This document shows, piece after piece, positions 28,900-37,425 of a stretch of 64,000 nt of DNA. The stretch's first letter is position 1. Every line of letters begins with the position of its first letter. The DNA is from Acidimicrobiales bacterium (GTDB lineage: Bacteria > Actinomycetota > Acidimicrobiia > Acidimicrobiales > Aldehydirespiratoraceae): NCBI GenBank assembly GCA_047516945.1, contig JAKZTU010000010.1:5782-69781 (forward strand), given 5' to 3'. A program made the translations under genes and the position numbers. The notes beneath the pieces were generated by a model, which did not search any database, was not told where the DNA came from, and saw only the letters and a list, made by a program, of their open reading frames with translations.

Positions 28900-29736
28900 A
28901 TGCCGGAGTTGCCGGAGATTATGGCTCATGCCGAACGACTGGCAAGGAACTATCAGGGTGCGGAACTCAGTGCTTTCGTTCCCCTTCATCTCAGCGCTCT
29001 CAAGACCTACGCACCTTCACCGCGTGAGGTTTATGGCCTTTCGTTGACCGCCACGGGCAGCCGGGGAAAGTACCTGTTTTTACATTTCGGCGACGTCACG
29101 TTTGTGATCCACCTGATGCAGGGCGGTCGCCTTCGGCCCGACCCGAAGCAATCACGCAAGCCGCGTTCGGGGATGGCCCGCTGGGTCTTTGCCGACGGCA
29201 AAGCGTTGCTGCTCACCGAGGCCGGTACTGAGCACAAAGCGGGCGTTTGGCTCGTCTCGGGCGACCCGACCACCCAGGAACCGGTTGATCATCTTGGCCC
29301 TGAAGCAAGCAACATCAACCGGCCTGACTTCGTGGCAGCGCTTGGATCTGACAACACCCGGGTACACGGGTTTCTGCGCGACCAACGCCGAATTGCGGGC
29401 GTCGGCCGTCTCCTTTCCAACGAGATTCTCCATGCCGCGAAGCTCTCGCCCTTTGCGATGACCACAAAGTTGAGCGACGACGAAATAGACCGACTCCACG
29501 CGGCGACGCTCGCAGTGATCGACCGGCATCTGGAATTCGAGCGGACGCTCGACGATATTGGCCGTTCGGCGGATCGGCCCAACGAAGTCCACCATCGGGT
29601 CGGGTCTGCGTGCACCTCATGCGAAGCGGTCGTGCGCTCGGTCGAGTACCGGCGCTACACGGTGGCCTACTGCCCGACCTGTCAAACAGGCGGCAGGATC
29701 CTGGCCGACAACACCACCAGCAAGTTCCTCAAATAG
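28900..29736 (+). CDS. Fpg/Nei-family DNA glycosylase / AP lyase
   Basis: N-terminal 'MPELPEI' and C-terminal zinc finger 'CTSCEAVVRSVEYRRYTVAYCPTCQ'. The track ORF start at 28657 overlaps mscS and is rejected. Confidence 0.85.
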   Translation: MPELPEIMAHAERLARNYQGAELSAFVPLHLSALKTYAPSPREVYGLSLTATGSRGKYLFLHFGDVTFVIHLMQGGRLRPDPKQSRKPRSGMARWVFADGKALLLTEAGTEHKAGVWLVSGDPTTQEPVDHLGPEASNINRPDFVAALGSDNTRVHGFLRDQRRIAGVGRLLSNEILHAAKLSPFAMTTKLSDDEIDRLHAATLAVIDRHLEFERTLDDIGRSADRPNEVHHRVGSACTSCEAVVRSVEYRRYTVAYCPTCQTGGRILADNTTSKFLK

Positions 29737-30100
29737 TTGCCGCCAGCAACGCGGCCACCTTTTCGAGTTGGATGTGGCTTTCCAGAAGCGTCTCCATGTT
29801 CCCGCCGACCTGTAGTTCACCGTCCAAAAAAGCCCGCTGCGCCGACTTCTCACCGCTACGGATGGCGTCCGTAGCGGATCGTGAACCTGTCAGGGTCAGC
29901 GTTGGATTCGGGTGTGGACCAGCACCGAACGTGATCTGTCCCCCCTCAATCACCACATGCCATGTACCTTCGTCGTTGCCGCTGATCCGATGCTCAATTG
30001 TCAGCGTCAATTCAGGCGTGACCTCTAGTTCGGCAACTTGTCGTTGGCGTTCCTCAATCCATTGCGCAGACGCGACGTCGCTCATGTCACCCGTCGCCAT
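29729..30100 (-). CDS. SCP2 (sterol-carrier-like) domain protein
   Basis: About 120 aa with 'SATDAIRSGEKSAQRAFLDGELQVGGNMETLLE', typical of SCP2 domains. The start may be Met at 30085. Confidence 0.55.
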   Translation of the reverse strand: MATGDMSDVASAQWIEERQRQVAELEVTPELTLTIEHRISGNDEGTWHVVIEGGQITFGAGPHPNPTLTLTGSRSATDAIRSGEKSAQRAFLDGELQVGGNMETLLESHIQLEKVAALLAATI

Positions 30101-30119
30101 ACCCGGTATTCATGCAACC

Positions 30120-30164
30120 CAGGATAGAACGTGCCAGGAGACAACGTGCCAGGATAGAACGTGG
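30120..30164. repeat. 15-nt tandem repeat x3 upstream of the SCP2 gene
   Basis: caggatagaacgtgc / caggagacaacgtgc / caggatagaacgtgg at 30120, 30135 and 30150. Confidence 0.9.
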
Positions 30165-30242
30165 TGGCAAGAACAACCCAGGTCGGACTGCTCGCAGTGC
30201 TGACGCTCATCCTGGTGGCATGATGCTTGAGCGAGATGGATT

Positions 30243-31199
30243 TCAACTGTGTTCCTTCGCGGGGAGGTTCTCGCTCGCCTTTGCCAAGCCAAGTACGACG
30301 AGACCAGCCACAACCGCAAGAATCGCTGGTGCGGGCAACTCGCTTGATGCCGGCCAAGCCAACCCAGTGCCGTCGATGACGTCTGCATGTCGCTCCGAGA
30401 TCACACCTACCCCGTTGGGCCAGGGCCATAGCACTCGTAGCGAACCAACCATCAGCCCGATCATGGCTGCTGTTACCAGATCTCCATGCTTGTCAATGAT
30501 CCACCCAAGCGCCGACGAAAACAGGGCGAGGCCGATTGCCGCGCCCAGAGCGACGAAGGTAATGTCAGCGAAATCACGGTCGCTGATCGCTTCGATCACG
30601 GCGCTGTACATGCCGATCATCAACAAAATGAACGAACCGGAGATGCCGGGAAGGATCATGGCGCAAACGGCCAGAGCACCGACTCCAAGCAAAATCATTG
30701 GAGGAGGGTCGTACACCGGCCCTGCCTGAAAGCCAAGCAACATGAACACGACTGCACCAACCGCGGCCATCAGCTGGTAGTGAACCAATGTTGGCCGGCT
30801 GATGAGTCGTAACGCAACGACTATTGAGGCGGCGACGAGGCCGAAGAAGAGTCCGGCCATCTCTTCTGGATTGTCGTGAAGCTGGGTTTCGATGGGTCCG
30901 GCCAGCGATCCGACGGCTAACATGATGCCGATTCCCAGAGGGACCAGAAAGACGAAATCAAGCGCCCTCAAGTCCGCCCAGAACCCTCCGAAATCGCATT
31001 TTGCTAGCGGCACCAGTGTCTTTGCGGCCTTGCGAATGGCTTCGATCAGGCGTTGATAGATCCCCAAAACCAAAGCAACGGTTCCTCCGGAAACACCGGG
31101 AACGACATCTGCTGCTCCCATCAACACGCCACAGCCGAAAACCCTCAGAAGTCTTCGGAATGAGCCACCGGAGATGGACTCTGTTGCTTTGGCTGTCAC
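30243..31199 (-). CDS. DUF368-family membrane protein (family linked to undecaprenyl-phosphate recycling)
   Basis: Duplicated motif 'VVPGVSGGTVALVLGIY' and 'ILPGISGSFILLMIG'. Polytopic, with a GTG start at 31199. Confidence 0.8.
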   Translation of the reverse strand: MTAKATESISGGSFRRLLRVFGCGVLMGAADVVPGVSGGTVALVLGIYQRLIEAIRKAAKTLVPLAKCDFGGFWADLRALDFVFLVPLGIGIMLAVGSLAGPIETQLHDNPEEMAGLFFGLVAASIVVALRLISRPTLVHYQLMAAVGAVVFMLLGFQAGPVYDPPPMILLGVGALAVCAMILPGISGSFILLMIGMYSAVIEAISDRDFADITFVALGAAIGLALFSSALGWIIDKHGDLVTAAMIGLMVGSLRVLWPWPNGVGVISERHADVIDGTGLAWPASSELPAPAILAVVAGLVVLGLAKASENLPAKEHS

Positions 31200-31220
31200 G
31201 TCAGAATCACCACAGGCACG

Positions 31221-31280
31221 TCGGAAAAACTACAGGTATGGGGGCAAAACTACAGGCATGGGGGCAAAACTACAGGCGAG
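31221..31280. repeat. 20-nt tandem repeat x3 immediately upstream of the DUF368 gene
   Basis: cggaaaaactacaggtatgg / gggcaaaactacaggcatgg / gggcaaaactacaggcgagg. A related copy, aaaactgcaggcc, lies at 31448-31460. Confidence 0.9.
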
Positions 31281-31298
31281 GTGTCCCGAGTGGGACAC
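31279..31298. other. GC-rich 8-bp hairpin (ggtgtccc-gagt-gggacacc) abutting the 20-mer repeats
   Basis: Perfect inverted repeat read directly. On the minus strand it is followed by ..GTAGTTTTG.., so it is a possible terminator of an upstream minus-strand transcript. Confidence 0.4.
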
Positions 31299-31669
31299 CC
31301 CGCCTGTCGAGAGAGGTCCTCGTCACGTTGCTGCGGCCTTTGGGATCTTCTCTCTAAGCGCTTCTCCGGTTGCCTCTTGGGCACATCGGGCGCGAGAAGC
31401 TTGTGGGAGCGGTCCCGTCCACGGTGCAACGTGGGTTCGTATGGCGAGAAAACTGCAGGCCCCTTTGGCGTATTGCTTGGTGCCCGCTTTTATCGTACGC
31501 CTCCTCCCTTCTGTCACGGGTAGAACCGATGACAGGTCAAGGCGGGTGCTTCGACCGAGCGGCGTCAACCGATCTACCGAGGTGTGACACCGGTCACTGT
31601 GGCACAGAAATAGGGACTCGTCAAGTAACCCCAACGAGGCAGACGGCCTCACAGATCGGCCAGTTGGAG

Positions 31670-32491
31670 CTATTGGCTGGCGAGACTGCGGTTCTTACTT
31701 TTTGACTTGATGTAGTCGCGGTTCATGAAGGCAATGAAGTCAAGCGAGATCTCTTTGGGGCATGCTTCGTGGCATTCACCGTGGTTCGTGCAGGAACCGA
31801 AGAAGTCCTCCATCGTCTCCACCATGGCCTCGGTGCGCTTCCATCTCTCCGGTTGACCTTGTGGCAATACGTTGAGGTGGGCGAGTTTGGCGGAGGTGAA
31901 TAGTTGAGCTGCCGAGTTGGGGCAAGCAGCCACACATGCGCCGCAGCCGATACAGGCCGCGGCGTCCATGGCGGTGTCAGCCACCTCTTTCGGCACAGGG
32001 ATCTCGTTGGCGTCTTGTGGCGTGCCGGTAGGGGCAGAGATATACCCGCCTGCCTCGATGATGCGGTCGAAGGCACGGCGGTCAACCATGAGATCCTTCA
32101 ATACCGGGAAGGCGGCGGCACGCCACGGCTCGATTACAATCTGATCGCCGTCGCGGAACTTACGCATGTGCAGTTGGCAGGTGGCGGTGGCTTTCTCAGG
32201 TCCGTGAGCTTGACCGTTGATCATGACGCCACAGGTACCGCAGATCCCTTCGCGGCAGTCGTGGGGGAACGTAATCGGCTCAACGTCGTCTTCGATAAGC
32301 CGCTCGTTGACCAGGTCGAGCATCTCCAAAAAAGAGGCATCGGTGGGTATTTGGTCAGCATCAATATCAAGAAAGGACCCTTTGGCGTGGGGCCCGTCTT
32401 GGCGCCAGATTCTCAGTTTGAGGTTCAGCACTTTGCCTTTTTCGGCGCTGCTGCTTTTTTCGGCGCTGCTGCTTTTTTCGGTACTGCTCAT
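31670..32491 (-). CDS. sdhB: succinate dehydrogenase / fumarate reductase iron-sulfur subunit
   Basis: Cys clusters '[10 protein letters not shown]', '[12 protein letters not shown]', '[12 protein letters not shown]'. ATG at 32491 (MSSTEKSS..); the longer track ORF overlaps sdhA. Confidence 0.92.
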   Translation of the reverse strand: MSSTEKSSSAEKSSSAEKGKVLNLKLRIWRQDGPHAKGSFLDIDADQIPTDASFLEMLDLVNERLIEDDVEPITFPHDCREGICGTCGVMINGQAHGPEKATATCQLHMRKFRDGDQIVIEPWRAAAFPVLKDLMVDRRAFDRIIEAGGYISAPTGTPQDANEIPVPKEVADTAMDAAACIGCGACVAACPNSAAQLFTSAKLAHLNVLPQGQPERWKRTEAMVETMEDFFGSCTNHGECHEACPKEISLDFIAFMNRDYIKSKSKNRSLASQ

Positions 32492-32501
32492 CTTGTAGCC
32501 C

Positions 32502-34421
32502 CTACTTGTAACTTCGCTGAGCGAGTTGGACGTTTTCGAAGGCGAGATCCTCTTTGTGCAATAGCGGATCGGCGTCGGGTCCCTGCCATTCCCAGGCGGC
32601 GACGTAAGCAAAGTTCTCGTCATCGCGCAGCGCCTCGCCCTCGGGGGTCTGGGACTCCTCGCGGAAGTGCCCGCCGCAGCTTTCGGTGCGGTGCAAAGCA
32701 TCGCGAACTTTGAGTTCGGCGAACTCCATGAAGTCATCAACCCGGTTGACCTTCTCCAGTTGCTGGTTCACCCCGTCGGGACTGCCCAGCACCTTGACAT
32801 TCTTGCGAAACTCTTCGCGCAAAGCGGGAATCTCCGACAGGGCCTTCTCAAGGCCAGTTTTGTTGCGGGCCATACCGCAGTACTCCCAGACGATCTTGCC
32901 GAGTTCGCGGTGGTAGTGCTCAACGGATCGGGTGCCTTTCACTTGAGTCCAACCCCTGGTTCGCTGGTCCACTTCGCTTAGAGCTTCGCCGAAGACCGGA
33001 TCTGTCGTGGGCACTGGAGCGTCACCGAGTTTGGGGGCCAGATGATCACCGATCGTGTAAGGCAGCACGAAATAACCGTCAGCGAGTCCCTGCATCAGCG
33101 CCGAGGCACCTAGTCGGTTGGCGCCGTGGTCAGAGAAGTTGGCCTCGCCGAGGCAATAGAGTCCCGGCACGGTGGTCATCAAGTTGTAGTCCACCCAGAG
33201 TCCACCCATCGTGTAGTGGGTGGCCGGGTAGATGCGCATGGGCAACGTGTATGGGTCTTCGCCAGTGATGCGTTCATACATGTCGAAGAGGTTGCCGTAT
33301 CGTTCCCGCACTGCTTCAACTCCGTCACGGGCGATCGGGGCAGCGAAGTCGAGGTAAACCCCGTTCTTGAGCGGGCCGATGCCGCGGCCTTCGTCGACCA
33401 CAGTCTTGGCGTTGCGGCTTGCCACATCGCGAGGCACCAGGTTGCCGAACGACGGGTACTTCTCTTCCAGGTAGTAGTAGCGCTCTTGTTCGGGGATCTC
33501 AGCAGCGGAGCGGGAGTCGTCGATTTGGCGTGGAACCCAGATACGTCCGTCGTTACGCAACGACTCCGACATCAAGGTGAGCTTTGACTGGAATTCGTCG
33601 CTGACCGGGATGCAGGTCGGATGGATTTGCGTGTAGCAGGGGTTGGCGAACAGGGCACCTTTGCGATGTGCACGCCATGCCGCGGTCACGTTGCAGGCCA
33701 TGGCGTTGGTCGACAGGTAGTAGACGTTGCCGTAGCCACCTGTGGCCAGCACGACTGCATGGGCACTGTGGGCGTGGACCTCGCCGGTGAGCATGTCGCG
33801 GGTGATGATGCCGCATGCCTCCCCGTCTTTGATCACGACGTCGAGCATGTCGGAACGGTTGTAGAGGGTGACCTTGCCAGCTTTGATTTGAGCAGCTAGG
33901 GCTTGGTAGGCGCCGAGCAGCAGTTGCTGACCGGTTTGGCCTCGGGCATAGAAGGTGCGGCTGACTTGAGCACCTCCGAACGAACGGTTGGCGAGCAGGC
34001 CGCCGTATTCCCGGGCGAAGGGCACTCCTTGAGCGGCGCACTGGTCGATGATGTTGACCGAGACTTGCGCCAAGCGGTAGACGTTGGCTTCTCGCGATCG
34101 GTAGTCGCCGCCTTTGACGGTGTCATAGAAGAGGCGGTACACCGAGTCGCCGTCGTTGCGGTAGTTCTTGGCTGCGTTGATGCCGCCTTGAGCGGCGATT
34201 GAGTGGGCCCGCCGCGGCGAGTCGTGAAACGTGAATGCCTTGACGTTGTAACCGAGTTCGGCGAGCGAGGCCGCAGCAGATGCCCCAGCCAGTCCGGTGC
34301 CCACAACGATGATGTCGAATTTGCGTTTGTTGGCTGGGTTGACCAGCTTCACCGAGAACTTGTGATTGTCCCATTTCTCGGCAATTGGTCCGTCGGGGAC
34401 TTTGGCATCAAGTACAACCAT
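32502..34421 (-). CDS. sdhA: succinate dehydrogenase / fumarate reductase flavoprotein subunit
   Basis: '[12 protein letters not shown]', FAD-linked His region '[14 protein letters not shown]', '[10 protein letters not shown]'. 639 aa. Confidence 0.93.
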   Translation of the reverse strand: MVVLDAKVPDGPIAEKWDNHKFSVKLVNPANKRKFDIIVVGTGLAGASAAASLAELGYNVKAFTFHDSPRRAHSIAAQGGINAAKNYRNDGDSVYRLFYDTVKGGDYRSREANVYRLAQVSVNIIDQCAAQGVPFAREYGGLLANRSFGGAQVSRTFYARGQTGQQLLLGAYQALAAQIKAGKVTLYNRSDMLDVVIKDGEACGIITRDMLTGEVHAHSAHAVVLATGGYGNVYYLSTNAMACNVTAAWRAHRKGALFANPCYTQIHPTCIPVSDEFQSKLTLMSESLRNDGRIWVPRQIDDSRSAAEIPEQERYYYLEEKYPSFGNLVPRDVASRNAKTVVDEGRGIGPLKNGVYLDFAAPIARDGVEAVRERYGNLFDMYERITGEDPYTLPMRIYPATHYTMGGLWVDYNLMTTVPGLYCLGEANFSDHGANRLGASALMQGLADGYFVLPYTIGDHLAPKLGDAPVPTTDPVFGEALSEVDQRTRGWTQVKGTRSVEHYHRELGKIVWEYCGMARNKTGLEKALSEIPALREEFRKNVKVLGSPDGVNQQLEKVNRVDDFMEFAELKVRDALHRTESCGGHFREESQTPEGEALRDDENFAYVAAWEWQGPDADPLLHKEDLAFENVQLAQRSYK

Positions 34422-35323
34422 CAGGAGCCCTCTCTGCTGGCGCCGGGCGTAGCCGGAGCCGCGTTGGTGTTGTGGGGTTCGGTGTCGGGCGTAGCCGGAG
34501 CCGCGGTGGTGTTATGCGGTTCGGTGTCGGTGTTGAACTCTCCGACGGGTACAGAACGGTTGTCTTCGTTGATCAAGCCCGCTTGAACTGCGATTGGGAA
34601 GCTCAGGTTTCCGATCAGGATTACTGCCGCGAGACCCCGGGCGATACCACGGCGCAGATCGTTGAACTTCGGGTTGTTGAGTCCCAGGCTCTGAAACATC
34701 GACCAAGTGCCGTGGAATATGTGGATCGCCAACGCAATGTTGGCCACGATGTAGATGATCGCCACGGGCAGCGAACTCATCGACTCAGTCACGTTGTGGT
34801 AGATGTCGCCGCGCACGTACTCATCGCCGAGCCACCAGCCCCAAGTTAGGTCTGCGAGGTGAAATAGCAGGTAAAGCAGCACGATTGGGCCGGTCCAACG
34901 CATCGTGCGGCTAGCGAAATTAGCGGCGGTGTAGTTGCGTTTGCCGGCATAGGCGTCATCTGCTTTGAGGCTCATGCGGCTGAGCGAGTAGGCGCTGTGG
35001 ATGTGGATAGCGAACATGGCCATGAGGCCGAGGCGCATCAGCCACAACAGGAATGTGCGAGGTGCCAGATGACCGCCGAGATCACGCAGCGCTTCGCCGT
35101 ATTCGTGCACCTGCGCGGGGCCTTCGTAGAGGTGAAGGTTGCCGATCATGTGGACCACCACGAAACCGAGCAGACCAATGCCCGAGATTGCCATGGCGTA
35201 CTTCTTGCCGACCGCAGATTGGTAGATGTTCAGTGGCCACGGCAGCTGCCTCGGTCGCCGATGGACGGGGCGAACCTCGTGTTGTCGCTCGGTGTCATGT
35301 TGTGGCGTGGTGGTCTGCGCCAT
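34421..35323 (-). CDS. sdhC: succinate dehydrogenase cytochrome b subunit (single large b558-type anchor) with repetitive C-terminal tail
   Basis: Five-TM style protein with heme-ligand His residues. Its TGA overlaps the sdhA ATG by 1 nt (TGATG). ATG at 35323 (MAQTTTPQ..). Confidence 0.8.
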   Translation of the reverse strand: MAQTTTPQHDTERQHEVRPVHRRPRQLPWPLNIYQSAVGKKYAMAISGIGLLGFVVVHMIGNLHLYEGPAQVHEYGEALRDLGGHLAPRTFLLWLMRLGLMAMFAIHIHSAYSLSRMSLKADDAYAGKRNYTAANFASRTMRWTGPIVLLYLLFHLADLTWGWWLGDEYVRGDIYHNVTESMSSLPVAIIYIVANIALAIHIFHGTWSMFQSLGLNNPKFNDLRRGIARGLAAVILIGNLSFPIAVQAGLINEDNRSVPVGEFNTDTEPHNTTAAPATPDTEPHNTNAAPATPGASREGS

Positions 35324-35407
35324 GAATGTTGCTTTCTGGTCGCTTAGCTTGCGAGAACGGTACCTCTCCAACCGTCCCCTGGCTACGGAGAATTCCCTGG
35401 CTTCGGT

Positions 35408-35439
35408 GAGCCCTTACTCCCGAGAGCCCTTACCCCAGA
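35408..35439. repeat. 16-nt tandem repeat x2 (plus a degenerate third) upstream of sdhC
   Basis: gagcccttactcccga / gagcccttaccccaga at 35408 and 35424, which is 85-116 nt upstream of the sdhC ATG. Confidence 0.85.
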
Positions 35440-35490
35440 GAGTCTGCCGACAACTAGCGGAATGCGCCAAGTGCGGCAATCTGAGCAGGT

Positions 35491-36252
35491 TCAGCTTGAG
35501 AGCACAGCGGTGACGGGCCAGTGGTCCGACCCATGACCTGCTTGGCGGACTATCTCGACCGAGTGGACCCGCCAGTGCTCCGATACGAAGATGTGGTCAA
35601 TCTGGGAAGTGTGTGAGTTCCGTCCAAACCCGTGCGACGTGGGTCCGGTCTCGGGGTTGAGCACCGGTCGCAGACCCAGCGCCAGCAGCGGCTCGACCGG
35701 AGACTCGTCAAGGGTGCAATTGAGATCGCCCATCACGATCGCCGGCCGCCCGCGGTAGTCGGCTTCCAGCCATCGGGCCAACTGCGCCAAGGCTTCGAGT
35801 CGTCGTTTCTCAGACCGTTCGTCGAGGTGGGTGTTGGCGATTACGAAGGGGTCAGCGCCTGCGCCCAGCCGGATCTGGACCAAAGTGGCCAAGCGCGGAA
35901 ACCGGGCAGCGGGGAGTCGGGTGCCCGGTTGAGTAGGGGTGCCGCCGTACCAACGGGTGGTTGCGGCGGTGATCTCCAAGCCGTTGTGTCGCACCCAGAC
36001 AGGGCAACTCTCGCCGCCACCCCGGCGGTTCCGACCCTGCCCCCGGTAATCCCAATTGTCTTTGAAAATGTTGGCGCTCAGCCATTGGTTCTGAGCGCGG
36101 TACACCTCCTGCAACCCCCAGATGTCGGCGTCGATACCCTTCACCACCTCCCCGAGTCGGTTGCGGCGCCGCCACCACCACGAACTCCGGTCCAGAGCTC
36201 GGATATTGCGGATGTTGTAGGTGGCTACCCGGATCTTGGCGGCGTCAGACAT
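35491..36252 (-). CDS. endonuclease/exonuclease/phosphatase (EEP) family protein
   Basis: N-terminal 'IRVATYNIRN', 'WGLQEV', C-terminal 'GSDHWPVTAVL'. Confidence 0.8.
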   Translation of the reverse strand: MSDAAKIRVATYNIRNIRALDRSSWWWRRRNRLGEVVKGIDADIWGLQEVYRAQNQWLSANIFKDNWDYRGQGRNRRGGGESCPVWVRHNGLEITAATTRWYGGTPTQPGTRLPAARFPRLATLVQIRLGAGADPFVIANTHLDERSEKRRLEALAQLARWLEADYRGRPAIVMGDLNCTLDESPVEPLLALGLRPVLNPETGPTSHGFGRNSHTSQIDHIFVSEHWRVHSVEIVRQAGHGSDHWPVTAVLSS

Positions 36253-37132
36253 GGTCGCGGCCGAAGACGGCGCTCAGGCCGCGACCTCGCTCGACGTGGG
36301 GCGGGTCTTCGCCTCGCAGCCACAACCGGTGAATGAACAGCTTCCAGCACACGATCACGAACAAGGTGAACAGCACACCGCCGATCCCGGTACGCAGAAG
36401 CACTTCGCCAACTCCGGCATCGGACAGGTCATTGCCTACCACCCACCAAGGACCACCCCAGGAGAGATCAAGCGGAGCATCGGCTTGAGAGCTGCGAGCG
36501 TAGATGAACCAAGCAACCAACCGGCCGAGACCGTAGAACATGAACCCCCAGTACAGCAGTAAGAGTCCCCCTTCGCTGATCCGCAGACGCCTGTGCAGCC
36601 AACCCCAGACTTTCGGATCGGCGGGGATCACGACGTCGCGGAAGTAGGAAGGTGCCAGGGCGCGACGGGCGAAGAGCAGCACCATTACCAGCCAGAACAG
36701 GTCCCACACGCCGCCGAGGCTGGAGTAGTAGGCGGCGGCATCTCCGTGCGCCCCTTCGACTGCAGCGTGCTTCCACATGTTGATGGAGACTGGTTCGAGG
36801 GAAAACGGGAAGAACACCATGGTTCCCGCAGAGTCGGCGAAGTCGGTCACCACATGAGCCCAGTCGCCGATCAGCACACCGACCGCCCAACTGCGACTAC
36901 GGGTGACGGCGAGGATCAGAACCGCAAAAAACAGACCAAAAATGAGTGAGTGAGTGAAACCCACCCCGGGCCAACCCCGATGGAACTGAGCCGGATCGTC
37001 GGCAGAATAAACGAAGCCCTTGGTGAACAGGTCCGAGAGTTGTGTGCCGAGAACCACACCGAGGAAAGAGGCCTTAAGGCCAACGTGGCGCTGGATGAAG
37101 TAGTTCTCGAACTCATGCGCGGCCCAGCTCAC
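36245..37132 (-). CDS. polytopic membrane protein of unknown function (possibly a membrane-bound metal-dependent hydrolase type)
   Basis: Multiple TM segments and His-rich motifs ('WAAHEF', 'GDWAHVVTDFADSAG'). GTG 37132 overlaps the upstream small-ORF stop (GTGA), and there is an 8-nt overlap with the EEP gene. Confidence 0.5.
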   Translation of the reverse strand: MSWAAHEFENYFIQRHVGLKASFLGVVLGTQLSDLFTKGFVYSADDPAQFHRGWPGVGFTHSLIFGLFFAVLILAVTRSRSWAVGVLIGDWAHVVTDFADSAGTMVFFPFSLEPVSINMWKHAAVEGAHGDAAAYYSSLGGVWDLFWLVMVLLFARRALAPSYFRDVVIPADPKVWGWLHRRLRISEGGLLLLYWGFMFYGLGRLVAWFIYARSSQADAPLDLSWGGPWWVVGNDLSDAGVGEVLLRTGIGGVLFTLFVIVCWKLFIHRLWLRGEDPPHVERGRGLSAVFGRDHV

Positions 37133-37326
37133 TGATCGACCACCCGGCGCCGCAGGACACGAATCGCAGTCGGCACCAAATACAGTGTCCCGAACAACCA
37201 GAGCGGACCGACTATCCAGTTCAGCACCGGGCTTTTGAAGATCAGTCCTGCCACGATGTACAACACCAAAGAGGCAGCTACCCATCCATATGCAGGCGCA
37301 TGCTCGGCAGGCTGGATCTCGTCCAC
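37129..37326 (-). CDS. small two-TM membrane protein
   Basis: 65 aa with two hydrophobic helices. Translationally coupled to the next gene. Confidence 0.45.
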   Translation of the reverse strand: MDEIQPAEHAPAYGWVAASLVLYIVAGLIFKSPVLNWIVGPLWLFGTLYLVPTAIRVLRRRVVDQ

Positions 37327-37425
37327 CGGCTCACGGTAACACTCCGCCCTGCCGTTCGAAGCAGCGTGCCGTTCGTTGGACTGATATTCATACGTTTACA
37401 ATGCGCGCGCCTGAGTTGGGCGTGG

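Noticed and set aside
31200-31670. Considered whether the long non-coding gap holds RNase P RNA or tmRNA (the size would fit).
   Set aside because: Neither strand contains the universal RNase P P4 strings (GAGGAAAGTCCGG / ACAGAANCCGGCTTA). There is also no tmRNA tRNA-like 3' end (..GGTTCAANTCCC..CCACCA) and no tag reading frame. It is kept only as an unassigned structured region.
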